A DNA stretch of 64,000 nt from the NCBI GenBank assembly GCA_951406725.2, contig OX597820.1, forward strand, positions 17,174,001-17,238,000. The letters are read 5' to 3'. A model generated the notes under the pieces. It saw only the letters and a program-made list of their open reading frames with translations, had not been told where the DNA came from and did not search any database. Of the stretch, positions 13,030-26,145 are shown piece by piece. This stretch comes from Octopus vulgaris. Its lineage: Eukaryota. The first letter of the stretch is position 1. Each line of letters begins with the position of its first letter. The position numbers were made by a program, and so were the translations under genes.

Positions 13030-14285
13030 CGCTTCTACCTAAAACGAAAACAAGGCAGAAGAGGTTTAACATCGATCCAAAATGCCTTTGAACGTCACAT
13101 CATATCCCTTCGGCAACATCTTTTAACCACCAAGTGTCAAAGTGCATCCCTTGACCAAGTCTGCATACATGAGACTGATAACATCATGAGACTTGGAAGA
13201 CAGCTCCTTGAGCAAGAATCTTTGTCTGATAACCTAGAATACATGTTCAAAGAAGTCGCACGACTCTACCGCAACGTATTATCAAATGGAAGGATGATGC
13301 TATAGGAGCAGAAGACTATGCATGGATATGTTAGTAGAAAGCTCCGTAATCCGTAATGATAGTAACATCGATCATCAAAGCAGTTTATCATGGACCAATA
13401 GCCGGATTATTACCTCCCACTTTGAAGGGTATGTGTTTACACTCCAAGAAGAGGAAATATCAACCAAGTACCTGATGCACAAAAGAGATAGAGATGCAGG
13501 AAAAGCAGTAAAATGTGATAACCTATGCAGACTTTGTGGAGTTAACACTGAAGATACCACCCAGACATGATGTTGTAGCTAGGACTCTCTATGATGAAAT
13601 CCGTCGGAAGAATAATCGCGAGGAAAAAAATAAGAACTCACAGTATGGTAGAAGCCATAGCCACTCATAATGTAAAAGAATACTGGTGGAATGGACCAGT
13701 GAAGACCTCAATAAAATGTAAGCACAGCAGACCTGATATAATGATTTGGGATAGAGAAGACAAACTGTGCAAAGTTGTGGAAATTAGCTGCTAAATTAGA
13801 TGCTAATATAAAGCTGAAGATCAGTAAAAAAGAGAATACATATGCTGAACTATTGAGATAATCTGCAGTTACTCTATCAAGATTACAAGTTCAGGTTTAT
13901 CCCTGTAAGTACTGGGGCCCTGGGACGTATAACACTGCCTAATTACTAATCTTTAGAAATTAGGCTTCTCAAAACCAGAAAGGAGAAAGATAATTCGAAG
14001 ACCACAAATCCAGTCCATCCTTGGAACTGTAAAAGTCTATAAAACTTTCCAGAAGTTTGTCATTTAAATATATATGAGTATGTCTTGATATGCAACTATA
14101 TGCATGAGAATACATACATAAAACATACAAATCTGCGCCTACATAGATACATACATACGTACATACTTACAAGTAAACAAAAATATCTTGTTGATGTTGA
14201 AATTCCAATGAAGGAGCCTTGAATCTAGGTTAGAAACCGGTTCTTTCTCTATTGGCAAGAAATCTTGAAATAAACTGAATGACAT
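13030..14285 (+). pseudogene. Decayed RLE-type non-LTR retrotransposon 3' fragment with 3'UTR
   Basis: EGYVFTLQEEEISTKY, CRLCG..EDT, HSRPDIMIWDREDK.CKVVEISC (PD-(D/E)xK-like), GTVKVYKTF..*; stops and frameshifts throughout. Confidence 0.8.
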
Positions 14286-14503
14286 AAATACATACATATA
14301 CATACATACATGCATACATACATACATACATACATACAAACATGCATATATACATAATCATACATACATGCATACGTACATACATGCATACATTCATACA
14401 TACACACACGCATATATACATATACATATACATACATGCATACATGCATACATACATACGTACATACATACATACATACATAATACATACATACATACAT
14501 ACA

Positions 14504-14535
<32 letters not shown>

Positions 14536-14884
14536 CATACATATACATACATGAATAGAGAGAGAAAAGAAAAAGGAGAGAAATAGAAGAGAAACATAAG
14601 CCTAAATACAAGAATAAGTTATTTTAATCCCATTTACATTAGTTTTTTTATTGTATTTATCGAAATCCAGCCGCCACCAACTACATTTCCACTCACTGTC
14701 CTATTTATCAATATTTGCCGTCTAAAACCATTACTAAGAGCAAACTGCATCACCGACATTACCAACATCAGTATAACCAGCCAGTATAACTAGAAAAAAA
14801 GAAACCAACAGCATTCATGATATACCTCACTCTCTGTCTGTCTGTCTATCTATCTATCTGCCTGTTTGTCTATCTGTCTATTAG

Positions 14885-14989
14885 TCTCTCTCTCGTTCTC
14901 TCTCTCTCTCTCGTTCTCTCTCTCTCTCGTTCTCTTTCTCTCTCTCTCTCGTTCTCTTTCTCTCTCTCGTTCTCTTTCTCTCTCTCTCG

Positions 14990-15037
<48 letters not shown>

Positions 15038-15507
15038 TCTCTCTCTCTCGTTCTCTTTCTCTCTCGTTCTCTTTCTCTCTCTCGTTCTCTCTCTCTCTCA
15101 TTCTCTTTCTCTCTCTCGTTCTCTTTCTCTCTCTCTTTCTCTCGTTCTCTTTCTCTCTCTCGTTCTCTTTTTCTCTCTCTCTCTCGTTCTCTTTCTCTCT
15201 CTCTCTCTCTCGTTCTCGTTTCTCTCTCTCTCGTTCTCTTTCTCTCTCTCGTTCTCTTTCTCTCTCTCTCTCGTTCTCGTTCTCTCTCTCTCTCTCGTTC
15301 TCTTTCTCTCTCTCTTTCTCTCGTTCTCTTTCTCTCTCTCGTTCTCTTTTTCTCTCTCTCTCGTTCTCATTCTCTCTCTCTCTTTCTCGTTCTCTTTCTC
15401 TCTCTCTCTCTCACGCTCTCTCGCTCTCTCTCTCTCTCTCTCGTTCTATTTCTCTCTCTCTCTCCCTCTCTCTCTCTCTTTCGTTCTCTCTCTCTCTCTC
15501 TCTCTCT
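14885..15507. repeat. Compound (CT)n / CTCGTTCTCTTT cryptic satellite
   Basis: Visible directly in the sequence. Confidence 0.9.
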
Positions 15508-16284
15508 GAGAACTGTAAAGCAACCCGACTGTAACTTCTTATTTCCCATCAGCTGAATCTACAACAACGAGAACACCACACGTCATACACCAACCACCAC
15601 CGCGACCACCACCACCACCACTCATAAACGCGACAACACAACACAACCGTCATCTTCGCCACCATCACCATCACCACCACCACCACCACGAACAACAACG
15701 GCAGCAGCAATTCGCCATCAACTCCACCACCGCCGCCTTCACCGCAACCTGTAGTCTTCGTTTTCATCTTCTCTGGTTGCAGACCAATTAAAAATAACAA
15801 ATAACGAAGGTTTTAAATTCTTGTTTCAATTGTCACTGATTTTTATTAGCTCCTCACAGGATTTCATTTCTTCTTGCCTTTCTTCCTCTTTCTTTTCATT
15901 TCTTTCTCTTCTTGTCTTTTCAGTCTCATTCATATACACACGCACAACTCTGTCTCTCTGTCTGTCAGTCTGTCTGTCTCTCTCTTTTCTCACATATATA
16001 CACACATGTACAGACAGACACATACACATACATATAAACAACAAACGCTTTCTTTTCTTTACGTTTATCACTCTTTCTCCTGCAAACGCAAGCTTACAAA
16101 ACACATTCAAACACACTTTCACTTATAACTAACTTTACACAAAACTATTATTATTTATTTTTCATCGAGACCAAGGACTCGAAAGACTGGTGGTCATCAG
16201 GCTTCTGTGACGTAAAAGTGACCGAGAACCCAACGCCCTACCTTTCTCACAAGGAGAGGTCAGTTCGCTCCAGGTTCAAGGCCA

Positions 16285-16478
16285 TCAGTTGTGAAGGGAT
16301 GCGGTGTCGATTACATCAATTCCAGTGATTTCACTGGTACACAATTCTATCGACCCCGAACGCATGAAAGGCAAAGTTGACCTTGGTAAGATTTGAACCC
16401 AGAACGTAAAGAGTTACATAAGAAATGCTTCTAAGCCTTTGTGCGATGTGCTAACGATTCTGCCAGCTCGACGCCTTA
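16285..16478 (-). mobile_element. SINE family B
   Basis: tcgacccc...atgaaaggcaaagttgacc...ctaacgattctgccagctcg. Confidence 0.7.
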
Positions 16479-16485
16479 CTATTCA

Positions 16486-16863
16486 TTATTACCTCCGCCT
16501 CAGCAAAAACAGTGGTATTGTTTTCAGTAGTGTTTGTTTGCTTGTTTGTTTGTCCGTGGACAAGATATCTCAAGAAGCACTGGATGTAATCAAATGAAAC
16601 TGTCAGAGATGTTTGGCTACGTGACTAGCACGAACTGATTAGATTTTGGGTACCGGACAAGGATTTTGGATTATATTTCCTTAATTTAACTTAATTTTTA
16701 ACTTAATTTTTGAGAGCGGTCGGGTCCATTTTTAGTATATTCGTTTGTGAGAGTAGTCGAGTTTATATAAGATATTCTCATTTTAAAAATCGTCTGTGGT
16801 TAATCATTGAGAGGATATTGGTGTTGCCTTGGCGGAGGTTTGCGCTCGCTCAGTGCTCTTGTT
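16486..16863 (+). mobile_element. DINE-1/HINE-like non-autonomous Helentron derivative
   Basis: 5' ttattACCTCCGCC (16491-99) and subterminal inverted GGCGGAGGT (16831-39); (GTTT)n after the 5' end; 3' small hairpin gcgct/agtgc followed by tcttgtt. Confidence 0.7.
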
Positions 16864-16877
16864 ATCAATGTAATCCT

Positions 16878-18515
16878 TTATACTAGAAGCACGAAGCCTC
16901 AAATTTGGGGGAAGGGATTAAGTCGATTATATCAACTCCAGAGCGTAACTGGTACTTGTTTAATCGACTCCGAAAGGATGAAAGGCAAAGTCGACCTCGG
17001 TAGAACTGAGAACATAGCGGCAGACGAAATACCGCTTAGCATTTCGCCCGGCGTGCTAACGATTCTGCCAGATCACCGCATTTATTATTCTTTACTACTC
17101 TAATCACAAGGCCCGAAATTTTGGGGAAGGGGGGGGGCAGTCGATTAGATCGATCCAGTATGCAACTGGTACTTAATTTATCGACCCCGAAAGGATGAAA
17201 AGCAAAGTTGACCTCGGCTGTATTTGTACTTAGAACGTAGTGACGGGCGAAATATCGCTAACCATTTTGCCCAGCAAGCCAACGTTTCTTATTTCTTTAC
17301 TGCCCGCAAGGGGCTACACACAGAGGGGAAGTACAAGGAAAGACAAACGGATGAAGTCGATTACATCGACCCCAGTGTGTAACTGGTAATTAATTTATCG
17401 ACCCCGAAAGGATGAAAGGCAAAGTTGACCTCGGTGGAATTTGAATTCAGAACGTAACGGCAGACGAAATACGGCTACGCATTTCGCTCGGCATGATAAC
17501 GTTTCTGCCAGCTCGCCACCTTTATTATTACCAATGTAATATTGTTTCAAAATTCGTGACAAGGCCAGCAATTTCGAGGAGAGGGTTAAGTCAATTACAC
17601 CGACCCCAGTACTTGAGTGATACTTTATCTTACTGAACCCGAACGGATCAAAGACAAAATAGATCTCGGCTGTGAACATAAAGGGCCGGAAGAAATATCG
17701 GTTTCAAATTTTGGAACAAAAATAGCAATTTCGGGGTGGGGCTAAGTCGATTAAATCAACTTCAGTGCTCAACTAGTATTTGTTTTAACGACCCCGAAAG
17801 TATGAAAGGCAAAGTCGACCTTGACGGCATTTGAACTCAGAACGTAAAGACTGCTATAGGCACAAGGTCTGAAACTTTGAGGGACAAGGTAAGTTGATTA
17901 CAACGAATCCACTGTTTATCGACACCAAGAGGATGAACGGCAAAGTCCACCTCGGCGGCATTTGAACTCAGAACGTGAAGACAGTGGAAATATTGCCAAA
18001 CACTTTGTTCGACGAGCTAACAGTTGTTCCAGATCGCCGCCATATTTATTATTATCATTATTATCACTAAGGCGGTGAGTTGGCAGAATCGTTAGAATGC
18101 CGGACGAAATGCCACTAAGCATTTCGTCCGTCTTTACGTTCTGAGTTCAAATTCTGCCGAGGTGGACTTTACCTTTCATCCTTTCGGAGTCGATAGATTA
18201 AGTACTAATGAAACAGTGGAGTCGATGTCATTGACTCATTTCCTCCTCCAAAATGGCTGCCCTTGTGGTAAAATTTGAAACCATCATTATTATAACCGAA
18301 AGCGGCATGCTGGCAGAATCGTTAGCACGCCGGGCGAAATGCTTGTCGGCATTTTATCCGTCTTTACGTTCTGGGTTCAAATTTCGCCGAGGTTGACTTT
18401 GCTTTTCACCCTTCCGGGATTGATGAAATAAGTACCAGTTGTACACTCGGGTCGATGTAATCGATTAGTACTCTCACCCAACATTCCAGACCTTGCGCCT
18501 CTAGTAGAAAGGATT
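16878..18515. mobile_element. Cluster of ~8-9 family B SINE copies (minus-strand series, then plus-strand from ~18068)
   Basis: Repeated gaaaggatgaaaggcaaagtcgacc / ggtcgactttgcctttcatcc motifs. Confidence 0.85.
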
Positions 18516-19974
18516 ATCATTATTAACATCACTGTTATATTGGTAAACATCAATATCTATAACGATAAGATCGGAGTAATTAAACCACGATTACATGCAT
18601 AATTCTACGGCAAAACAAAAGAAATCGCTCAAATAAACTATGGTTATATATTGCCATCACCAAGCAGAATATAAACGAACATAAATACTATTTATATTTT
18701 CTTATTGGATCAGGCATAATTTTGTTTAAACACCTGTAGACAAAAACCTATATTTCAAAAACAATATTAACAACGACAAATATGATACCATGTTCTTCTC
18801 TCTCTCTCTCTTTGTCTCTGTCTTTCCGTTTCTTGTTGTTTTTAAACAAAACCTTTTACGCCAGAGATATCTTTAATCAGAAGGTTAGAGAGTGTATGTA
18901 CAGCTTTATAAATATCTATTAGATCGCAAAAAGATATTAAAATGTTGATCCAAGCCAGACAAGTAAACATAAGGCGTTCTCTGTTTGTCCATTGATTCTT
19001 CGACCAATTGTCAATGTGAGTGTAAAGTTTCTAGTTTATTACTTTTATTTTATCCTCTGCCCATCTGCATATCATTCATTAGTTGTTAGTGATAACATTT
19101 CGACACGTTATTTGAACATAGCTTATGTTATTTCATCACGAGAGATAAATATAATGAATCCCTATGTAATACATATGCATACATACACTCACACATGTAT
19201 GTATACAAACATGCTCTTACCCAATCATATATATACATGTACGTGTATGCATGCATATATACGTACATACATACATACATGCATATACACGCAAGAATAT
19301 GTGTATGTATGTGTGTATGCATATATGTGCATACATGTGTACATGTATATATATGAATGGACGTGGGCGTTTCTAAATATGAGCGAATGTGTACATATAC
19401 GCAAGTTTTATTTGTGTATATCTATACAGACGTACACATATATAGTGTATAGACAAACTCCTAGACTTCTACACCCACGCATAATATATGTATACTGTTA
19501 CACACTAAAATATATAAAATGTTGGTTTTAATAAGCAAATGAGGAAGATACCACTCAATACATGATGTAGAGTATATATATTTATAGAGTCATTGAGCCT
19601 GAAGAGATGAATTTCTCGCTTCACAAAATCGCGATTCAGTGGTGGAATTAAACTAAAGTTGTCAAAGATCTCACCCTGATCAGATGTATGTGTGTGTGAG
19701 CGTGTGAGAGTGTGTGTTCTGATTTTGATCTTGTGAAAGCCATCCTGTCTTGTGCCAATCCGTAAAATAGTAGAATAATAAGGAGAAAGTTAAGATCAAA
19801 TTCAGCAACGAAATCACTGAAATCTGAAACATTATTAGAGGAAATTTCCCCAAAACTTTCAACACTCTGTAAACATCATTATTAAGATGATTAAAATAAA
19901 AAATTATCCTCTCAAAAAAGCCGCCTCTACTCATTCTTAAACACACTCACATACACACATACACACACATCATG

Positions 19975-20145
19975 CTGGACCGCTAAATCTACAAGTTTCT
20001 TTTCATTCTCTTCGTTTATTTTCTCTGTTGAAGAGCGTAGGCTCGAAACGTAAAAGACTTCATTTCATTTTCCCGGGCGTCAAACTAATACACTTGCTTG
20101 TGATTCCTACGCTTCCCTTCGTCTTTTTGTTTTTATAAATTCCAA

Positions 20146-20150
<5 letters not shown>
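19975..20150 (+). mobile_element. Family E element with minimal HHR
   Basis: CTGTTGA(20025-31)-a-gagc gtag gctc-GAAA(20045-48)-cg-TA. Confidence 0.65.
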
Positions 20151-20186
<36 letters not shown>

Positions 20187-20191
<5 letters not shown>

Positions 20192-20390
20192 AATCCAAAC
20201 ATGAACAAGCAAGAAAAAACAACGACGTGAGAGCGTGGAATAAGTACAGTGTTATTGGATGCTCAGTAAAGGAAAGAAAAGAAAGAGGATTTCACGTTTC
20301 GAGCGGAGCTTTTTGTCAGAAATATAGTCCAAGGAAGGGAAGATGGAGAAAGAAAATCGCCAACGATACACACACGGTCACATATTGAAA
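20187..20390 (-). mobile_element. Family F element with minimal HHR (mutated core)
   Basis: Minus strand CTGACAA-aaagctccgctc-GAAAcg; homologous to 62262-62495. Confidence 0.6.
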
Positions 20391-21396
20391 TGACCGGAAG
20401 GGAATGGGTGAAGAATGTCGGTGTAGGTGTTATTGGTGGCGACAAAAAGAGAAAAGTGGAAGTAGAAAAGAGATTGGTGAAAGGAGGACGAGAAAAGTGG
20501 AAGAGTCACGGACAAATTGTGGTGATTTCCAATCAAGATTAGAGTGGCGTAATCCGAATGAATGGGAAGAGTAATCCGAAGGTATCAGAATTCTAGGAAT
20601 TGGTTACTCCAAAGTCTTTCCGTTTATCGAATACACTAATAAGGCACTGGTGCTATAGTAGAAGACACTAGCACTAAATGTTAATAAAACTGAACTCGAA
20701 ACCGCGTGCGTTCAAAGCGAGCTTCCTAACGACACAGCAATGTCTGCGCCTATTCCGACCACTTAATTGAATAATATCAATCAGCCACATAATCTTAATT
20801 AATTTTTTTTTTTTTAAATATTTTTATCAGTTAGTACGTTCTAATTACACATCGCTTTTCTTTGATCATTTATTCTCATCCCATCTTATTCTATCTCAAC
20901 TAACTTGCCAATGCTTTGGTTAATGGCTGATAGCATTTGCACACATTATTCTTAATCTCGTATCCTTTCTTCGTTTTGTCCATAGCACTCTTCCATTCTT
21001 CTCTTCTTTCAAACCTAGATTATTTTTTTACCTGCGATATATCCTCCCGCTCACCTCTATCTTCCTCCCATCATTTGCTCCCTTCCCTTCCGATCAATCT
21101 GTTCAAATTTTAACTCTCACCAATAAACTGTTATAATATTTCTCTTCACGATACAACCAACACCCATTTATAATATCTTTCTTTTCCACCTTCCGAAATT
21201 TTTCTCTAACATAATTGTTTATTTTCCATTTAATTGCTTAAAATCAAAACAAATCTGAAATTTTGATCTAAACATTTTTTGCCCTCACTATGCCTATCAC
21301 ACATTTTGCCTTAACTTTCCTTATTAATCCCAGTTAGCTGAATAAATTTTTGCATTGTAATTAATTTTATTTCCATTATTATTTTTTACAATCTTT

Positions 21397-21850
21397 AAGG
21401 CGTTGAGTTAGCAGAATCGTTAGCACGTCAAGGCGGCGAGCTGGCAGAAACTTTAGCACGCCGGGCGAAATACGTCACCGTATTTCATCTGCCGCTACGT
21501 TCTGAGTTAAAATTCCGCCGAGGACGACTTTGCCTTTCATCTTTTCGGGGTCGATAAATTAAGTACCAGTTACGCACTGGGGTCGATGTAATCAATTTAA
21601 TCCGTTTGTCTGTCCTTGTTTGTCCCCTCTATATTTAGCCCCTTGTGGGCAATAAAGAAATAAGAATCGATAGCACGCCAAACAAAATGCTTAGCGGCAT
21701 TTCTTACGTTCTGAGTTCAAATTCCGCCGAGTTCGACTTTGCCTTTCATCCTTTCGAGGTCGATAAAATAAGTACCAGTTACGCATTGGGGTCGATACAA
21801 TCGAGTGGCTCCGCCTCTTCCAAAATTTCAAACCATGTGCCTATAGAAGA
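21397..21850 (+). mobile_element. SINE family B, nested/dimeric
   Basis: Duplicated head and two bodies. Confidence 0.8.
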
Positions 21851-22251
21851 ATGGGGTATTTTTACAATCTTTTATTTTTAGCATAAGTTCGATGATTATC
21901 CGCTTGATTTACGATTGAAATAATAGATCGTATGCTTTTCTGAAATCGATCGACCGAAATGATCATAAACTTGTCTATCACTTTCTTCAATTCCTCAAAA
22001 TCCTTTTATCGATCAGTGATGAGTCTATTGCTCCTCTCTTTGGTTTTCGATGACCGTTCTTCTCACCAGGCATTAGACGTATCTCATACAGATCTTGTTA
22101 TATCTCTTCAGGAATTATTCCCGTTAGGCGTTTCTATGTAATCGGTGGACACATTAACGATTGGTCATTTGAGGCAGCGTTTCCTTTTAACCTGTCTTTC
22201 AATATTAGTGAGGCTTTTCTGAATTCAAATTCTGCTGAGGTCCACTTTGCC

Positions 22252-22311
<60 letters not shown>

Positions 22312-22472
22312 GTAGTAGCATCGGAAAATACCTTAGGAATGAGAATCCAGGTTCGAAATTTCACCAAGACACCCGATGAAGGCTCGAGGTTATATCAGCC
22401 GAAATGCTGTGTTAACTACAAACAAGATGAGGACAAATATCCGTTGAATGTAAATAATGTAAATAATGTACT
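22252..22472 (+). mobile_element. (AAT)n + HHR module of the tRNA-head/HHR family
   Basis: gacac-CCGATGA(22373-79)-a-ggctc..cagcc-GAAA(22401-04)..gtgtt; homologous to 51170-51382. Confidence 0.65.
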
Positions 22473-22844
22473 AATATCTGTGTTGGTATCTGAAATGGTT
22501 TCACAGATAATTGTTTCAACTACACTGCTCAGTTTTGATATTATTTTCTGAATCTTTATTCGATTCACTTAGTTTTAGGGTCTTTCGTTCCTTCGGGTTC
22601 CTTTTTACCTCGGTTTTTCTATGAACACTAGTTAATCTTCATCATGGTTATTCTCATCAAATTTCCTTTCCTCTTGTGTGTCATTCCTTATCATTCTCTC
22701 CTCCATCATTTTTATATTCTCACATAGGGAATATAAAGAAGGATGATATTGCTGAAGATGATTCAACTGAGAGAAAAATTGATCCCGTGATGGTAAAACA
22801 GAGAAATATACAAAGAGTAAAATAGGGTGTATGCATGTCTGTGA

Positions 22845-22933
<89 letters not shown>

Positions 22934-22984
22934 TATACATACATATATACATATATATATATATACATATATATATACATACAT

Positions 22985-23018
<34 letters not shown>

Positions 23019-23020
23019 AT

Positions 23021-23065
<45 letters not shown>

Positions 23066-23099
23066 CATATATATATATATATATGTGTTTATACACAGT

Positions 23100-23133
<34 letters not shown>

Positions 23134-23203
23134 ATACATATATATATATATTTATTAGTGAATTGAAGAAATGGAGTTGAACGAAGATTGAACAGAAATC
23201 ATT

Positions 23204-23301
23204 TTATTGCATTCTACACGTGTTTCGAAAGCCACAATTTACCAAATTCCGATTGAATAAGGAGACCATATTGTGTCTTTCTCTTCAGGAAGAAATAGGA
23301 A
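23204..23301 (-). ncRNA. Type I hammerhead ribozyme (left arm)
   Basis: Mirror of 24113-24210; TCTTCAG at 23282-88. Confidence 0.7.
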
Positions 23302-24112
23302 ATCCGTTGGCAAAAAACAAAAACAGAACAGAGGCGCAGCAAAACAAATCGAACGAGGCTCCTAAGAGCCCGTGGCCAAACTGTTTATCAATGTATGTTG
23401 AAATCGGGTGGTGGGTGCGTTGAAGATTTTAACAGGTCAGGCAGCGGTCATTCCGGTGGGTGAGAGCACGGGGTGCGTAGATGTTCTTTGTGACCGAGAC
23501 TAAAGTTCTGACTATTTAAAGAATATTAGGTGTATTATATGGGGCGAGGCAAAATCTACTTAGAAACATGTGTGTGTGAACTGTTCTATATGTGCGCAGC
23601 CGCAAGTTGGTAAGAAGCGCTACACACTGGTCACTGCTGAGGAATCCGTCAGGGGGTAGAAAATATTTTATGTGTTCGTATGTACGTTTAATCGCGCGGC
23701 CGTCAGTTGGTAAACAGCCCTACACAATGGTCACTGCTGAAAAATCCGTCAGGCGGCAGAAAAATATTTTATGTGTGCGTGTGTTCGTCTAATCATGCCT
23801 TCTTACCAACTTGCGGCTGCGCACATATAGAACAGTTCACACACATGTTTCTAAGTAGATTTTGCCTCGCCCCATATAATACACCTAATATTCTTTAAAT
23901 AGTCAGAACTTTAGTCTCGGTCACAAAGAACATCTACGCACCCCGTGCTCTCACCCACCGGAATGACCGCTGCCTGACCTGTTAAAATCTTCAACGCACC
24001 CACCACCCGATTTCAACATACATTGATAAACAGTTTGGCCATGGGCTCTTAGGAGCCTCGTTCGATTTGTTTTGCTGCGCCTCTGTTCTGTTTTTGTTTT
24101 TTGCCAACGGAT

Positions 24113-24210
24113 TTCCTATTTCTTCCTGAAGAGAAAGACACAATATGGTCTCCTTATTCAATCGGAATTTGGTAAATTGTGGCTTTCGAAACACGTGTAG
24201 AATGCAATAA
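24113..24210 (+). ncRNA. Type I hammerhead ribozyme (right arm)
   Basis: ttc-CTGAAGA(24126-32)-gaaagacacaat/attgtggctttc stem II-GAAA(24188-91)-cacgtg-TA-gaa; palindromic stem III. Confidence 0.75.
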
Positions 24211-24417
24211 AACGATTTCTGTTCAATCTTCGTTCAACTCCATTTCTTCAATTCACTAATAATATTAAAATTCAATTATCCGCACCAACGCATGGTTGCA
24301 ACACCATATGGTTGTACCTCCAACCGTGCTGTCTTCTGCTGTGATTTTTGCTACCAAGGTATCGGTTAAACTTTTGATTAATCTGCAATAAGATTATTCA
24401 TCTTTCTATTTCACAAA

Positions 24418-24458
<41 letters not shown>

Positions 24459-25466
24459 TATACATACAGTATATACATGTGCGTTATATGAGTGCTTGTA
24501 TACACACACATATATGTACATGTATATACGCATGTGTGTATACATATGTACATACATGCATACATATATGCATACATGCATAAATACACTCCCTATATAT
24601 ATGCAGACAAACATATCTGGACAGGAATGGACAATGAAAATAAAAGTAAGAAGAAAAATGTCTTCTCGAGAGTTGTATCTGATGGAGAATAATTTTTTCT
24701 CTAATTATCATCCTCGGAGACTAGAATATGTTTTCCAATTTAGAATTAATATTTTCGATTTCAAAATCACGGTGCTTTCAGCTATTCTCACAATTTTACT
24801 GAATCTAGCTCCTTAATCATGCTTAATAAAGAGTTCTATTACTTTCTAATATTCTACAGAAAACAGAGCTTCAAGTTATATAGTCCTCAAATTACTTAAC
24901 AACAAATCTAATAGTTCTCCCATTGGTGCAATGCTAAGATGAAATGTATGACGCCTTTCTCACTTATACTCATTAAACAAATTTAGTTTCTTTGTAGCTA
25001 AGAGCACGCAGATTAGTTAGAGAAACGCAATCGATGTGCTTCGCATCTGAAAAAAGTCCCCATAAAATTTCCTAGCTAATATATCGTCTGCAAAGCCTTA
25101 CGAAATTGTTCTTTCTGAACTGCCTCCTATCTTCCCATCAAACCTACCATTTCTATCGATATTTCTTAGTAATATATTATTGCCTCCTTCAGAAGACCCA
25201 TCCCATGTCCTTGTCAACTTCTCTGAAACTAACCCACAAATGAAATTTCCACTTGGCTTAACTACCTTGTAATGTCCTATTCACTTCTCAGTCCCACTCA
25301 AGTTAGCGAAGGAATTAACTTTTTGTTCATTTCACTCGCTTTTCACTAGTGCTAAAGGAGTGCCAAGGATGTCCTTTTAGAGGCATTTTGACTTCTATTC
25401 ATTCGATGCTTCCAATGTTTGTTTATAAAATGCTGTCACATGGTTGTGTGCGTGTGTGTGAATATG

Positions 25467-25509
<43 letters not shown>

Positions 25510-26145
25510 GTATGTATATATACGTGTGTGTGTGTGTGAGTATATGTGTGCATACATAAATAATTATATAATCATTTTAAAATAACGATCATATCAATGG
25601 CCACCATGTAATAAAAACCATATAAGTAAGACTTAATATATATATATATAATTATATAATTATATATGTGATATAAGTTCAGAGTACGGATAAAAGTAAC
25701 AAGTGTTAAGTGTAGCCAAACACTCAAAACTCTTAGCACACTAATATATCCTTACTCACTACCCTAACAGAAGTTCCATTAACATCCGAATAAGCTGATC
25801 CCATGGGGATTCGGCAAATGAAAATTAATCGCAAATACGCGTTATCCGGAACAATTTCATGGGACTAAATGTATCCCTCGAAGTTGCAAGAACGAGCAAC
25901 TACATCGTTCAGAAGGAAACTTACTCGGCCATGCCTGCACCTATATCTATATGTATTCTAATGTATGCGCATGTATGTATGTATGTATGTATGTATGTAT
26001 GTATGTATGTATGTATGTATGTATGTATGTATGTATGTATGTGTGTATATGTATGTATGTATGTATGAATGTATGTATGTATGTATGTATGTATGTATGT
26101 ATGTATGTATGTATGTATGTATATAAGTATGTATGTATGTATGTC

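Larger units (their letters stand above)
23152..24262. mobile_element. Fold-back non-coding element, family H (arms 23152-23617 / 23799-24262)
   Basis: Arms of ~465 bp are near-identical reverse complements, with a 181-bp spacer. Set in (TA)n. Third copy at ~53070-53922. Confidence 0.9.

Noticed and set aside
14200-14256. GAAACCGGTT with an upstream stem as a possible hammerhead
   Set aside because: No CUGANGA-type core in any of the three copies; treated as a LINE 3' stem-loop.
15549-15800. Possible host exon with Gly/Val/Trp runs
   Set aside because: Explained by (CCA/CAA)n repeats; no recognisable domain or convincing splice context.
19598-19645. CTGAAGA followed by a stem
   Set aside because: No GAAA after the stem.
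23220-24194. Identical 67-aa ORFs on opposite strands
   Set aside because: A by-product of the inverted repeat, antisense to the ribozyme; the frame differs in the 53.6 kb copy.
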